Shown here: one piece after another, positions 24,800 to 38,899 of the stretch
How positions within the stretch are numbered: the first letter of the stretch is position 1
Layout of the letters: each line of letters begins with the position of its first letter
Source of the DNA: Octopus sinensis
Taxonomy: Eukaryota
DNA length: 64,000 nt
Reading direction: 5' to 3'
Assembly (NCBI RefSeq): GCF_006345805.1
Contig: NC_043020.1
Span: 26,474,001 to 26,538,000 of the forward strand
Program-made: the position numbers and the translations under genes
Notes under the pieces: model-generated
Database searches by the model: none
Told to the model about the DNA's origin: nothing
Seen by the model: only the letters and a program-made list of their open reading frames with translations

Positions 24800-26338
24800 A
24801 TAAAGACAGACAAATATTTTCTCCCCCCCCCCCCGCAAGCTCTATTAGTTTCCCTCCAGATCCCTTTCTTCTCCCTGTCACCATCCTCTCTGCTCCTTAT
24901 TTACTGTCACTTCCTCACCACCACTTCCTTTCCCATCTTTTCCCCTTTGGCCTGTCCCATACATTTTACTCTTCACTCCAGCATATTGCTCCACTTCTCC
25001 CTTTTTCCCCCTCACACCGGTCTATACTCATCCCCTGATCTATCCACTTAATATCACACAAGCCCTTTCTCTTTCCTCTGATCCCTCCATTACTCATATA
25101 CCCCCCTCTCCAGTTAGGGACCACTCTAGTAAAAGCTACTGTATTACTCCCTACACCCCACTATCATCCTTTGCCACTATAAATTGGTTCTTAACCATTT
25201 CTTATCATAGACCCCTTTAAACCCTATTTTAGTTGTGTGGACCCTTGAAAAATGTACATATTTTTTACATTTATCTACAGGGTGTTCAAAAAGTCTCTCC
25301 ACAGTGTTTTTATTGCAAAATAAATATTTGTAAGATGGTATAAAACTAAAAAAGGAATATATTAGATTTTGCAAGACTTTAAAAAACTTATAGACACAGG
25401 AGTGGCTGTGTGGTAAGTAGCTTGCTTACTCACCACATGTTTTCGGGTTCAGTCCCACTGCATGGCACCTTGGGCGGCAGTTTCTTCTACATATGCCTTG
25501 GGCCAACCAAAGCCTTGTGAGTGGATTTGGTAGACGGAAACTGAAAGAAGCTTGTATATATGTATATATAAAGACAGACAAATATTTTCTCCCCCCCCCC
25601 CCGCAAGCTCTAAGTTTCCCTCCAGCATCCCTTTCTTCTCCCTGTCACCATCCTCTCTGCTCCCTATTTACTGTCACTTTCCTCACCACCACTTCCTTTC
25701 CCATCTTTTCCCCCTTTGGCCTGTCCCCTCATACATTTTACTCTTCACTCCAGCATATTGCTCCCTTCTCTCCCTTTTTCCCCCTCACACCTGTCTATAC
25801 TCATCCCCTGATCTATCCACTTAATATCACACAAGCCCTTCTCTTTCCTCTGATCCCTCCATACTCATATACCCCCCTCTCCAGTTAGGGACCACTCTAG
25901 TAATAAGCTACTGTATTACTCCCTACACCACTATCATCCTTTGCCACTATAAATTGGTTCTTAACCATTTCTTATCTATAGACCCCTTTAAACCCTATTT
26001 TAGTTGTGTGGACCCTTGAAAAATGTACATATTTTTTACATTTATTCTACAGGGTGTTCAAAAAGTCTCTCCACAGTGTTTTTATTGCAAAATAAATATT
26101 TGTAAGATGGTATAAAACTAAAAAAGGAATATATTAGATTTTGCAAGACTTTAAAAAACTTTATAGACACAGGAGTGGCTGTGTGGTAAGTAGCTTGCTT
26201 ACTCACCACATGTTTCCGGGTTCAGTCCCACTGCATGGCACCTTGGGCAAGTTTCTTCTACTATAGCCTTGGGCCAACCAAAGCCTTGTGAGTGGATTTG
26301 GTAGACGGAAACTGAAAGAAGCTTGTATATATGTATAT
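24800..26338. repeat. Tandem duplication, two units of about 769 bp
   Basis: AAAGACAGACAAATATTTTCTCCCCC starts at 24802 and 25570; each unit ends in a family A SINE 5' half. Confidence 0.95.
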
Positions 26339-26877
26339 GCATATATATATGTGTGCGTTTGTGTTTGTCCCCCCAACATCGCTTGACACAAACAAGAGAA
26401 GGTAATGGAAAACATGACAAGTAACATAAAGAATGACCCTTCATCAGTTGTTCGGCTGCCTATCTACTCCTTGTTTCGAGCATTGAACGACAATATGAGG
26501 CTTCGAAGGCAGTTGCTCCCACAAATACCAAAATAAAATTTGGGATTTATGGAGGGTCAAAGTTGGGAACGAAAATAGGGCAGTGGAAACATACAAGGAA
26601 ATCAAACGAAAACAAACATGGAGGGTCGTTGGACCAGGATGAAGCATATTAAAAGGGGTCCATGGGTAAACCAATTTTAATAAAAGGATTGGGACCCACA
26701 GTTGGGAACCACTGAACTAGGCCATCTTGCTACTGCAAGTGTGTGTGTGTGTATGTAGCTTAATATATGGGCCATGTCAAATACTGTGACACCCACATCC
26801 TCTCTTATTTCCTGCTGTTTCATTAAATTTCTGATGCCCCATGGGAAAATCCAGGATAAGAATAATTATAAGCTACT

Positions 26878-26924
<47 letters not shown>

Positions 26925-27080
26925 AATCACACACACACACACAGAGTTTTGAATTTGGTGACGAGGAAAGAGTGCTTAAAATCAAAATAGAAACTATTTA
27001 TTTACTGGCACTACAACTATTTGCTGACGCTTTTCCAACTTCCATGGTCTCTTGCTGATCATGCACATATGTGTGTGTGG

Positions 27081-27109
<29 letters not shown>

Positions 27110-27119
<10 letters not shown>

Positions 27120-27318
27120 GGATCGCCATGTTGATTCGCTAGCTTCTGCACGCATTTTTTTTCTCTCCGTGTTTCTTTTCTGTGTATCTTTCTGTTGAAG
27201 AGCGTAGGCTCGAAACGTAAAAGACTTGTATTATTTATATTCCTGAGCGCCATACTAATACAATTGTTTGTTTATTCCACCTGCCTTCGTCTTTTGTTTA
27301 TTTTCATAAAGCTTCCCG

Positions 27319-27325
<7 letters not shown>
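27110..27325 (+). mobile_element. Short Penelope-like element with a hammerhead-like motif (family H1)
   Basis: Related copies at 51862-52050(-) and 59205-59395(-); all bounded by (TA)n. Confidence 0.6.
27187..27224 (+). ncRNA. Minimal type I hammerhead-like motif, core variant CUGUUGA
   Basis: Stem I TCTTT/AAAGA; CTGTTGA; A; stem II GAGC-GTAG-GCTC; GAAA; palindromic ACGT stem III; putative cleavage after GUA. Confidence 0.55.
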
Positions 27326-27362
<37 letters not shown>

Positions 27363-27488
27363 AAAATAAATAAATTTAACCTTTAAACGTAATTTTTAAT
27401 ATGGTGGCCACTGATAAAATTTTTTTTTCAAGAAAGTCTTATCCTACATTAGATGTATATATATATATATATATATAGCAATTGTACA

Positions 27489-27579
27489 CGGCTGAAGAAG
27501 GCTTTTGATCTATCTGTTATATCAGTTATGCATTGATGTAAGAATAAGTTGTTCTATAAAGCCCAAAACATATGTACCG
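27489..27579 (+). ncRNA. Degenerate type I hammerhead (family H2)
   Basis: CGG/CCG stem I; CTGAAGA; GGCTTT...AAAGCC stem II; CAAAAC in place of GAAAC; AC-ATAT-GT stem III; GUA site. Confidence 0.55.
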
Positions 27580-27624
27580 CAACATCCTTTGCGTCCTTTT
27601 TTTCATTTATTTCATTTGATACAT

Positions 27625-27658
<34 letters not shown>

Positions 27659-27991
27659 TATATATAGTTAATCCAGACATGAACAAGCAAGTAAAAAAGC
27701 AACAATGTGAGGATGTGGAATAAGTATTGTGTTATTGGACGCTCAGGAATGGAAAGGAAAGAAAGAGGATTTCATGTTTCAAGCGGAGCTCTTCATCAGA
27801 AATACAGAAAATGTTCAAGGATAGGAAGATGGAGAAAGAAAATCGCCAATGATGCACATGTGGTCACATATTGAAATGACCCGGAAGGGAATGGAGGAAG
27901 AAAAAATTCTTTCAAAGACAGGAGAGTGCAAGAGAAGGAGGTATGTATGGGTATGTGCCTGCACACAGGTCTGTATGTGTGTAATGAAAGC

Positions 27992-28031
<40 letters not shown>

Positions 28032-28204
28032 TTGTGGCTGTATGTGTGTAGTTGGACTTAAGTGTCATTTAAGGTCATAGGAAGAATTTATAGTAAGAAT
28101 TTTGGTAGGAGTGGCTGCTGTCTGTTGTGTATCTCCCTACATATATATATACATATATGCATATACATACATACATACATATATGTATACATATACATAT
28201 GATA

Positions 28205-28533
28205 TACTCTTTTACTTGTTTCAGTCATTTGACTGTGGCCATGCTGGAGCACCGCCTTTAGTCAAGCGATTAGACCCCAGGATTTATTCTTTGTAAGCCT
28301 CGTACTTGTTCTATTGGTCTCTTTTACTGAACTGCTAAGTTACGGGGATGTAAACACACCAGCATCGGTTGTCAAGCGATGTTGGGGGGGACAAACACAA
28401 ACACACAAACATAGACACACACACACATATATACATACATACATACATATATATATATATACACATATATGCGACGGGCTTCTTTCAGTTTCCATCTACC
28501 AAATCCTCTTACAAGGCTTTGGTCGGCCTGAGG
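28205..28533 (-). mobile_element. SINE family A, 5'-truncated
   Basis: Reverse complement of the 3' three quarters. Confidence 0.85.
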
Positions 28534-28769
28534 CTTGCAAGTTACTTGGTGACCCTGCTGGTGCTACACAAAAAGCATCCAGTCCACCCTGCAAAATGGT
28601 TGGCATTTGGAAAGGCATCCAGCTGTAAAAACCATGCCAAAACAGACAGTGAAACCTGGTACCGTCCTTTGGTTTGCCAGCTCTTGTCAAACTGTCCAAC
28701 CCATGCCAGCATGGAAACATGTTATATGATGATGGTAATGGTGGTGATGACGATGACATGTGTGTATGT

Positions 28770-29012
28770 GTCTGGTGCTATGGACATGTGATTAGGATGT
28801 CATAGGAACAAATTGCAAAAGAGATTCTTCAAGTCAAACCAACGGAGACCTGGGAATCCAGTCAGAAAATGTTATGACAGTTGGGAATCCAGTCAGAAGA
28901 TGTTATGACAGTTGCATCTGATAGGACCTTAATGAAGGAGGCGTCTGAAGACTCTACGATGCCAGCTTCCCAAGAATGGTGGGCGGAGAAGCTGGATGGA
29001 TGGATGGATGAA
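28770..29012 (+). mobile_element. RTE-clade LINE 3' remnant
   Basis: Translates to WCYGHVIRMS*EQIAKEILQVKPT (the RWxGHVxRM motif region), has an internal tandem duplication of about 30 bp and ends in (ATGG)n. Confidence 0.55.
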
Positions 29013-29915
29013 TGTGAAAGTTCGAAAAAAATTTTAACGTTTAATTTGTAAAAGATGGGAGTTTGTAATTCAAAAATTTTCTTCCTTCCTTTTCGACAAA
29101 AACTTCGTAAACTTTCAATTAATTTGAAAAATTTGGTTCCAGAAGATTCCGATGTTTGATTAAGAAAGGAAATATTACTTCCACAGGAGATGAGTTTAGG
29201 AAATGATTCTTTAAGTGGGTGTTTAAAACTACATCGTGAAGGACAGATTATTAATATTTTTTTTTTTTTGCTGGAATCTTGAAGGATATATCACATGGGA
29301 TAGGGTCTGGCTGTATTGCTGAAGACTGTGTTTTTGGTACCAATAAAGGAGCCACTCTGTGGTTGCTTGATCTGCTGTAAATAGCAGCCATATGACAATT
29401 AAGTCATAATATGTTTTAGAACTGAAAAGAAAAACCAATGGCTACTTTTAATAATGTAATCTTTGATACACTGTGGCAGTATTCATGATGTATTCATGAT
29501 GTGGTTTTAGAGTCAAGTTTTGACTGCTATCTCTAGCATGGTGGTATCTTTTAGATACCCTTAATTATAATTTTAATAATAATTATTACCTATGAGGTTT
29601 TTATTCCCTGATATGATCGGTATTTTAATTAACGATCTTATCCTTATTTATATAGATTTACACACACACTCACATGCACACACACACACACATAATATAT
29701 AGAGAGAGTGAATGGTGTAAGCAGAGCAAGGGCAAATACGAAAACGAAAAGTGTCGCTGAAGAGGTCACAGGTGTGTGACAAATGATTTTTGGACAATTG
29801 ATATCAGTTAAAGTAAGAACAAAATAAACAAGAAGAAATATATAGTCTGTGTGTTTATTTGGCAAAAAAAAAAAAGAAAAGAAAAAGAGTAAAAGAGAGA
29901 GTGAATATGTATGAA

Positions 29916-30311
29916 TACTCTTTTACTTGTTTCAGTCATTTGACTGCGGCCATGCTGGAGCACCGCCTTTAGTCGAGCAAATCGACCCCGGGACTTATTC
30001 TTTGTAAGCCCAGTACTTATTCTATTGGTCTCTTTTGCCGAACCGCTAAGTGACGGGGCTGTAAACACACCACCATTGGTTGTCAAGCAATGCTAGGGGG
30101 ACAAACACAGACACACAAACAAACACATATATATATATACATATATACGACAGGCTTCTTTCAGTTTCCGTCTACCAAATTCACTCACAAGGCATTGGTC
30201 GGCCTGAGGCTATAGTAGAAGACACTTGCCCAAGGTGCCACGCAGTTGGACTGAACCCGGAACCATGTGGTTGGTTAGCAAGCTACTTAACCACACAGCC
30301 ACTCCTGTGCC
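29916..30311 (-). mobile_element. SINE family A, full length, young-looking
   Basis: Near identity to 56569-56975 in reverse. Confidence 0.92.
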
Positions 30312-30853
30312 TGTATGTATATATATATTACAACATACTATAAATAATGCTTAAGTAATTTTTGCCAGAATTTCAGTGTTTAAAGAATTTAACCAAAATC
30401 TCTGTGAAAATCGGAAAAAAAAAAAAGTAAGAAAACAAATCTAAATCATTTTTCAAACTCAGGAATATGGTTATTTTTAAAATGTCTCCTGAAATTTAAG
30501 TAGCCCACTAAAATAGGACCTCAGCCTTACACGTTAATATATTACAGTCTGTGTGTGTGTGTATATACTTACATATATATATACACACACACACACTTGT
30601 GTGTGTATATGAATGCATGTATGTATACTGTGGCAGACAGCACAACAGGAAATTTCAACTTTAAACTGTCGACTGCCTGGAAGTTTGAAATTGACAGTCA
30701 ACCAATGACAATCCAAGAAATTTTAAACCAGAATGCCAGGCTTCTGTGTTATTTCTAGCGGCAGAATCACAGAATCAGTAGGAACCTATCAGTATTAATG
30801 TCTTCTATAGTAATTTGGGGTACTTTGGGTACCGTTTTAACCAAAAATTCGGC

Positions 30854-31264
30854 GGATCTTTTCGGTTTGAACGGCAATTTTTTCTAACGACGTCATATGA
30901 AATTGTCACCCATAATTATGACCCTAGTATCGATCTATTGCATTTCAATCTGTTTTAGGGTTAGGGGTGAGGGAAGGGTATCTTTTTTGCTTCAGAAATG
31001 TAAATAAAACCAATCTGTTTCTTAAACAAGGGACATATTCATACGGCACAGAATGTTTTCACCTCAGTAGATGCCATTGATTGGTTGAAATTACAGAAAT
31101 TGAAGAAAAAAACCCAACAAATATCTTCCAAACTATAGAATTTTCTCAATAAAACCAAGAGAAAAAGATGTTTTATAAACACATTCTACCAGTATACGAA
31201 GTTTAAAAGTGTTTAGTTACAAAGAAATCATTTTAAAAAATTGCCGTTCAAACCGAAAAGATCC
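30854..31264. mobile_element. MITE with GG termini and 8-bp TSD (Merlin-like)
   Basis: TIR GGATCTTTTCGGTTTGAACGGCA; flanks AATTCGGC/AGTTCTGC; second copy at 44155-44562. Confidence 0.85.
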
Positions 31265-31729
31265 AGTTCTGCTATCTAAGAAGAGATGATTTGATGGGTT
31301 TTGTGGCCCAGCATGGGAGATGCTTCAGTTGCTGTAGATTTTAAAAGAATCTTATTCAGAAATAACTGGTTCTTTATTGGATTTTGGTCCTTATTCTTTT
31401 GGCTGAGAAATCCTTGGTTTGGTATTGATTTCATTGGGTTGTTACTGGAGAAAATGTCACTGCAGGTCATGGGGCTGATTAGAGGCTTGCTACTTAGGGA
31501 TAGGAAGATCATGTGAAAATAAAAAGGGGATAAAGGGGAAAACATTATTTCAAACTCTTGGCTTGTTTCAGAAAATTGCCCTTAATAGTTTCAACAGCTG
31601 CAGGGTTTCCAACACTGGCAGAGATGCCACACATCTAGGATAGGATCCAGTGGGGATGGCTAGTATGGTCTTTAATTATGGGTCATATCATTAAGGGCTG
31701 ACCTGGCATCAGTAACAACAATAACTAGT

Positions 31730-32310
31730 ATTGGCTTATGGATGGGAGGATGAACGGATGGATGGATGCGTGAAAGGATGGTTTGAGGGATAAAAGGATG
31801 GATCGATGAATGATTGGATGGATGGGTGGATGAAGAAGTGGAAGGGAGGATAGGGGTGTGGATGGAGGGAATGGAATGGAATGGATAAAAGGATGGTTCG
31901 GGAGCTAGATGGATGGATGTGTAGATGGGCAGATGTAAGGATGGAGAGATAAAGCGGCCAATGGTTTAGATAGAGGGATGGATGGATGGATAGATAGAGG
32001 GATAGATGGATGGATGGATAGATAGAGGGATGGATAGATAGAGGGATAGATGGATGGATGTGTAGATGAGCAGATGTAAGGATGGAGAGATAAAGCGGCC
32101 AATGGTTTAGATAGAGGGATGGATGGATGGATAGATAGAGGGATAGATGGATGGATAGATAGATAGATAGATAGATGGATGGTTAGATGGATGGTTAGAT
32201 GGATGGATGGATGGTTAGATGGATAGATAGATGGATGGATGGATGGATGGATTAACAGATAGATGGATGGAAAGACAAAGTTATGGAAGAATAGAAGGAC
32301 AGATAAATGA
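31730..32310. repeat. (GGAT/AGAT)n tract with an internal 141-bp duplication
   Basis: GTAGATG(G/A)GCAGATGTAAGG at 31921 and 32062. Confidence 0.9.
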
Positions 32311-32838
32311 ATTGGACTGAGGGATGGAGGCCATGAAAAAAGAGGAATGGGTGAATAAATAAACAAACATGGAAGCTGAAACAGAATCTCAGAGGAATGG
32401 TTATCTACTTACACCAACTATATCAGATTACACCTTCCCCCTAGCCATGCAACCACTGCTAGCCCCCCCCCCCCCGCCGCTCCCCAAGCCCCATCAAAGC
32501 CGGGGGGGCGGGGGTTTCAAGTCAACTGCACCGATATGGCCAAGATGGTAAGGCTCTCAGAAGAGCCGAAGCATGGTCTTCCTATTAAATACACATTCAC
32601 GCTGGCCAGGGTTTTCGGGGGGGGGGGGCCTTTCGTATATAATGTAATAAAGGCGAAATGGAAAAGTATAAGAGTAGTATAAGAAATTATCTAAGCAGTT
32701 AGTAGGCAAAAACTCCCTCTGGAGTTGTTTGAAAAATGTTTAAGAAAAACAGGGAGGTGTATGTAATTACGAGTTCTTAGTTAACCTGACCGATTACCAA
32801 CTTGTGCGTATGAGCATATATATACGTATATATGGGTG

Positions 32839-32884
<46 letters not shown>

Positions 32885-33003
32885 GGTGTATGGTGTCTTT
32901 AAGTGCTTCGTTGGTTTCACAGCAGCTGTTTTTTCAATATTTTTTTGTTTGTTTTTACTCTTTGTTTTTTGTAACTTATTTAATGGTGGCACTGGTGGGG
33001 GAA

Positions 33004-33038
<35 letters not shown>

Positions 33039-33748
33039 ATGGTGGTGGTGAAAGTGGTAAATGGTAATTTCTATTGCTGGTGATGACCATATAATAATGA
33101 TGATGATGATGGTGGTGGTGTATTTTCTAAGCTCAGGATCAGTTCTGAATGCAACAGTTCCTTAAAGGAATTCCAGATGTGACCATCCCATCTTGTATTC
33201 TTTGTTTTTATTATTTTTCTTTTTTTCGTTCAAACATCATCGTATCTAGGGCAACATAATTTTATCTAATGCGTCCTTCCTTGCATTTTTCTTCTTTATT
33301 AAACATTAGAATATATGAGGGAAATTTGGCTGTTTTTTCTAGCTAATCCAAGCTAAAATATAGAAAGGCTTCCTGCCTTTGTTTTAGTAGATTAACCCCA
33401 GGTCAGTTTTACTTGAGCAGATCCTATATAATCTATGATGTTTTCGATCGTGACCACTCCATCGAAAATTTTACTCTGTATGTTTAAGACATCGTTAAAC
33501 AATTTAAAACAAAAAATTTCGTTTTCGCTTTTTTTTTAAGGTAGGAGGGTACCGTGAATTGAGGGATTTAGAATTTGGCTGGTATTTTTAGCAGATCAAG
33601 TAGCCACATACAAGCTCTCAAGTGATGGTAGAGAGAGAGAAAGAGAGAACAAGCTTCCTTTCATTTGACCTGAATATATACATATATAAATATATATATA
33701 TATATATAAATGTGTATCTGTATATATGAGTGTGTGTGTATATATATG

Positions 33749-33782
<34 letters not shown>

Positions 33783-34270
33783 CACATTTTTAATTATCTA
33801 CATCATCAGCACGCGCACATGCACACACGAGAAATTCTTCTCCCTTTCTTCCTCTGAGAGTTCTTCTCCTCCCCCCCTCTCGCTCTCTCTTCCTCCCTCC
33901 TCTTCTGCTACTAGCATCACCATAATTTTCTCTCTGGCTGTCACCCCCCACCATCACCACCACAACTACTACTACTACTACTACTACTAACTACTACTAC
34001 TACTACTACTACTTATTACTACCATTCTTGTTTGCGAAGTTTGTTCCTGTCCTGCCTCATTCTCACCCTCTTGACATCCTTCTTTCTTTTCGACCTCCTC
34101 CTCATCTTCTTCTTTATGCATCCATCACACTCATACGTAAAAGAATATGTGTGTGTGTGTGTGTGTTAGCTTTCACATGTTTCAATCATTAGACTGTGGC
34201 CATACTGGGGCATTGCCTCGAATTTTTAGTTCAATGGATGTGTATATGTGTATGTATATATAAACACGCA

Positions 34271-34312
<42 letters not shown>

Positions 34313-34622
34313 TATATGGGCGCAGGAGTGGCTGTGTGGTAAGTAGCTTGCTTACCAACCACATGGTTCCGGGTTCAGTCCCACTGCGTCGCACCTTAGG
34401 CAAGTGTCTTCTACTATAGCCTCGGGCCGACCAATGCCTTGTGAGTGGATTTGGTAGACGGAAACTGAAAGAAGCCTGTCGTATATATGTGTATAGAGAG
34501 AGAGACACACACACACACGACAGGCTTATATATATGTGTGTGTGTATGTATACATGTGTATGTATAAAATATCTATATGTATATAATATAAGCCAACAGA
34601 TTTTGGGGTCTGAAGATACACT

Positions 34623-34660
<38 letters not shown>

Positions 34661-34701
34661 ATATATATATATTATATATATATATATATATTTCTAAGCA
34701 A

Positions 34702-34745
34702 AAACTGTCCGACGAACGGAAACGGGAAACTCAGATAACAGGTTT
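34702..34745 (+). ncRNA. Degenerate hammerhead-like motif (family H3) in a Penelope-like fragment
   Basis: CTGT/ACAG stem I, CCGACGA (from CTGATGA), GAAAC, ACTCAGA-T stem III remnant. Confidence 0.4.
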
Positions 34746-35464
34746 TGTTGAATGTTCTCTGCTCTTTAAAATAAGCATATTACTCTACCACTGGTATTTG
34801 CGTACTCTTTTTTCCACCTTGTTTCACATTTATGTGTTTACTCGGTATATATATATATATAGATTATATATATATATATATATATACTTTATGGCATGTC
34901 TTCAGGCTCCAAGACCTGTTAACCTATATCAAACACACATTCATACATGCAGAGAAATAAGTCGGTGCCAACACAGTTCATGGTTATTTCTTTGAAGCAA
35001 ATGAAGAACTAAATAAAATGAGATGAAACAAAATATATAAACATAAATAAAAAAAAAATGTTAATTAAAATCGCAGCCATGAGATGGAGGAGAGAAGTGT
35101 GTGTGGGGTGGGCGGGTGAGAAAGAACATAATTAAACAGATTAGCCTGAATTAGTGTTTATATAGTATAGACCGGTAAATTTCAGGGGAGATAACTGGAA
35201 GATTCAAAGGAAATTGAGGAGACATGTGGGGTGAGGGGTTGGAGCATGAAGTGAGAAGGGAGTTACGGTCTTTGTAAAGGGTGATATAGGAATGGTTGGG
35301 TGGTGCAGAAGCTTGGTTGGCAACCACATGGTTTTGGGTTCATTCAACAGCACAGCACCTTGGCAAGTGTCTTGTGTTTATACTAAAGTTTCTAGGGTTG
35401 ACTAATGCCTTGAGAATGAATTTGGTGTTTGAACCTATATGGAAGTTCAACATATTTATATATA

Positions 35465-35868
35465 TATTTCTTTACTACCTACAGGGGCCTAAACATAGAG
35501 GGAACAAACAAGGACAGACAAACGGATTAAGTCGATTACATTGACTCCAGTGCGTAACTGGTACTTAATTTATCCACCCCAAAAGGATGAAAGGCAAAGT
35601 CGACCTAGGCGGAATTTGACCTCAGAACGTAGCGGCAGACGAAATACCTATTTCTTTACTACCCACAAGGGGCTAAATACAGAGAGAACAAACGGATTAA
35701 GTCGATTATATCGACCCCAGTGCATAATTGGTACTTATTTAATCGACCCCGAAAGGACGAAAGGCGAAGTCAACCTCAGCGGAATTTGAACTCAGAACGT
35801 AGTGGCAGACGAAATACCGCTAAGCATTTCGTCCAGCGCGCTAACGATTCTGCCAACTCGCCGCCTCA
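35465..35868 (-). mobile_element. SINE family C, dimeric form
   Basis: Same tail-to-body junction as 17205-17592 and 54425-54843. Confidence 0.88.
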
Positions 35869-36039
35869 ACATATATATATAGGCGTGGCTGTGTGGTAAA
35901 AAGCTTGCATTCCAACCACATGGTTTTGGTTTCAGTCCCACTGCATGGCACCTTAGACTAGTGTGTTCTATAACCTCAGGCCAACTACAGCCTTGTGAGT
36001 GGATTTGACAGAGAGAAACTGAAAGAAAACCTTCATATC

Positions 36040-36366
36040 ACCTTGGGCAAGTGTCTTCTACTATAGCCTCAGGCCAACCAAAGCCTTGTGAATGGATTTG
36101 GTACATGGAAACTGAAAGAAGCCCGTCGTGTATATGTATATATATGTATATATATATGTGTATGTGTGTGTCTGTGTTTGTCCCTCCAACATCGCTTGAC
36201 AACATCGATACGTCCCCGTCACTTAACGGTTCGGCAAAAGAGAAACCGATAAAATAAGTACCAGGCTTACAAAGAATAGGTCCTGGGGGGTCGATTTGTT
36301 CGACTAAAGGCGGTGCTCCAGCATGGACGCAGTCAAATGACTGAAACAAGTAAAAGAGTAAAGAGT
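36040..36366 (+). mobile_element. SINE family A, 5'-truncated, abutting another 5' half (35880-36030)
   Basis: Direct match to the family. Confidence 0.85.
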
Positions 36367-36593
36367 ATATATAAATTTTTATGTCCTAGTGTTGTTGGAT
36401 AAATAACTTAATGAAGCAGGAAGAAATTAAGTTTTCACAAAAAAAAACAAAGGATTTCTGCAACATGAGGTTGAATGCCCTCTGACCATGGCTCACAATG
36501 GACTGCTTTTTGTAAACTGCTGACTCTCCTTTTTATAGCAATGTGTCTGTCCACTTTTAGTCACATGGGAGTGGTCAGAACCCTTCCTGTACA

Positions 36594-37250
36594 TCATCAT
36601 CACCATCGTTTAACGTCGGTTTTCCATGCTGGCATGGGTTGGATGGTTTGACTGAGGTCTGAAGAACCAGTACGCTGCTCCAGGCTCCAAACTGATCTGG
36701 CAATGTTTCTACAGCTGGATGTCCTTCCTAACGCCGACCACTCTGAGAGTGCAATGGGTGCTTTTTACATTCCACTGGCATGAGAGCCAGTCAGGCAGCC
36801 CTGACACCGACCATGGCATGTTTTACATGCCACTAGAACAGGAGTCAGTCAGGGGTCACTGGCCACAGCTGTGATTTTGGTTTTACATTGACCTCAGTGC
36901 GTAACTGGTACTTTATTTATCGACCCCGAAAGGATGAAAGGCAAAGTCGACCTTGGCGGAATTTGAACTCAGAACGTAACGGCAGATGAAATACTGCCAA
37001 GCATTTCGCCTGGCGCACTAATGTTTCTGCCAGCTCGCCGCCCTCATATATATCAACATCAACATCATATACTGTCTTTTGTCTGTGCTGGCTTGGGTTG
37101 GACAGTTTGACTGGTCTGGCACGCTGGAAGGCTGCACCTGGTCCAGTTTGACTTGGCATGGTTTTCTATGGCTGGATGCCCTTCCTAATGCCAACCACTC
37201 CAAGAGTGTAATGGATGCTTTTATGTGCCACTGGCATGTGCCATTTGCTT
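36594..37250 (-). mobile_element. Cluster of SINE family B, C and B fragments
   Basis: B 36594-36880, C 36885-37045, B 37075-37250. Confidence 0.75.
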
Positions 37251-38070
37251 GATACCAGTATCTGCAATGACTGCAGTTTTGCTTAGCTTGATGGGTCTTC
37301 TTCTCACACACACACACATACACACCTCTGTGTGTCTTTGTGTCCTGTAACTTAGTGGTTCAGTAAAAGAGATCAACAGAAGTACCAAGCTTTAAAACAA
37401 AGCACTAAGGTTGATTCATTCGACTAAAAAATTCTTCAAGGCAGTGCCCCAGGATGGCCGCAGACTAATGACTGAAACAAATAAAAGAAATAAGATATAC
37501 ATATGTGGTTAGTAGCTTGCTTGCCAACCACACGGTTCTGGGTTCAATCCCACTGCATGGCACCTTGGGCAAATGTCTTCTCAGGCTGATTTGGTAGACG
37601 GAAACCGAAAGAAGCCCATTGTATGTATATGTGTGTGTTTGTGTTTGTCCCCCAACATCGGTTAGCAACCGATGCTGGTGTGTTTACGTCCCCGTAACTC
37701 AACGGTTCAGCAAAAGAGACCAACAGAATAAGTACTAGGCTTACAAAGAATAAGTCCTGAGTTTGATATGCTCGACTAAAGGCAGTGCCCCAGCATGGCC
37801 ACAGTCAAATGACTGAAACAAGTAAAAGAGTATATCTGGAGCGATAGAAATCTGCAAGACCTTCTTAAGATTTGAAAGAGGATAAAGAAATTAGGCTGCT
37901 TTCCTTGACAACCATCTAGTCTGCAAGTTAATTGTATTATGTAATTAAACTATATCATTCTGCTAATGGGTTCTCATGGGTTTTTTGTCTATCACTGTCT
38001 CTCTGACTCCATTTCTGTCTGTCTGTCTGTCTGTCTGTCTGTATGTATGTATCAATCTATCTATCTACTC

Positions 38071-38106
<36 letters not shown>

Positions 38107-38261
38107 TTATATATATATATATATACATATGTATATGTGTGTGTATATATATATATGTAATTACATGTCCTGATAATCTGTGTGAGTATATGTGTGCCTG
38201 TATAGACATGAACACATCAATATGTATATATATATGTATGTATATGTATATATGTATGTAG

Positions 38262-38320
<59 letters not shown>

Positions 38321-38899
38321 ATATATATATATATATGTATATGTATATAATATATATATATAATTATATATGTATAGTATATATATATATATATATATGT
38401 ATATATGTGTACGTATATATGTATATGTATATATATTATATGTATTATGTGTACGTATATATATATATTATATTATATATATATACACATACACACGCGC
38501 ACATACACACACACTCACACACACACACGCTCATCTACGCACTTCCTTCTTTTCATACATTTCAAGATTTAAGTGTTTCCTATTCTGAAGATTCTTCAAT
38601 TACATCAATATTTGCAATCTTGGCACTTCCTTTCAATCTGTGAGAAAAAGAAGTTCTCTCTTTCAACACAACCAATGCTATCCTCCTGCCACTCCTGCCC
38701 TTTATGCTACTGTTTCCCTCTAGCGTCCGCAAGGGCCCCGAGGCCGCAGACTTCTGGTCAGTTGACCTTCTGGTCAAATATGATCATTCTTTCTCGTTTA
38801 GACTTTTATTCGTTAAGGCTGTATATTAGACTTCGTTATTTCATTATCCAAATGGTGTCTTCTCCTTTGGCATCTGAATCATTCTGTCAAACATAATGC

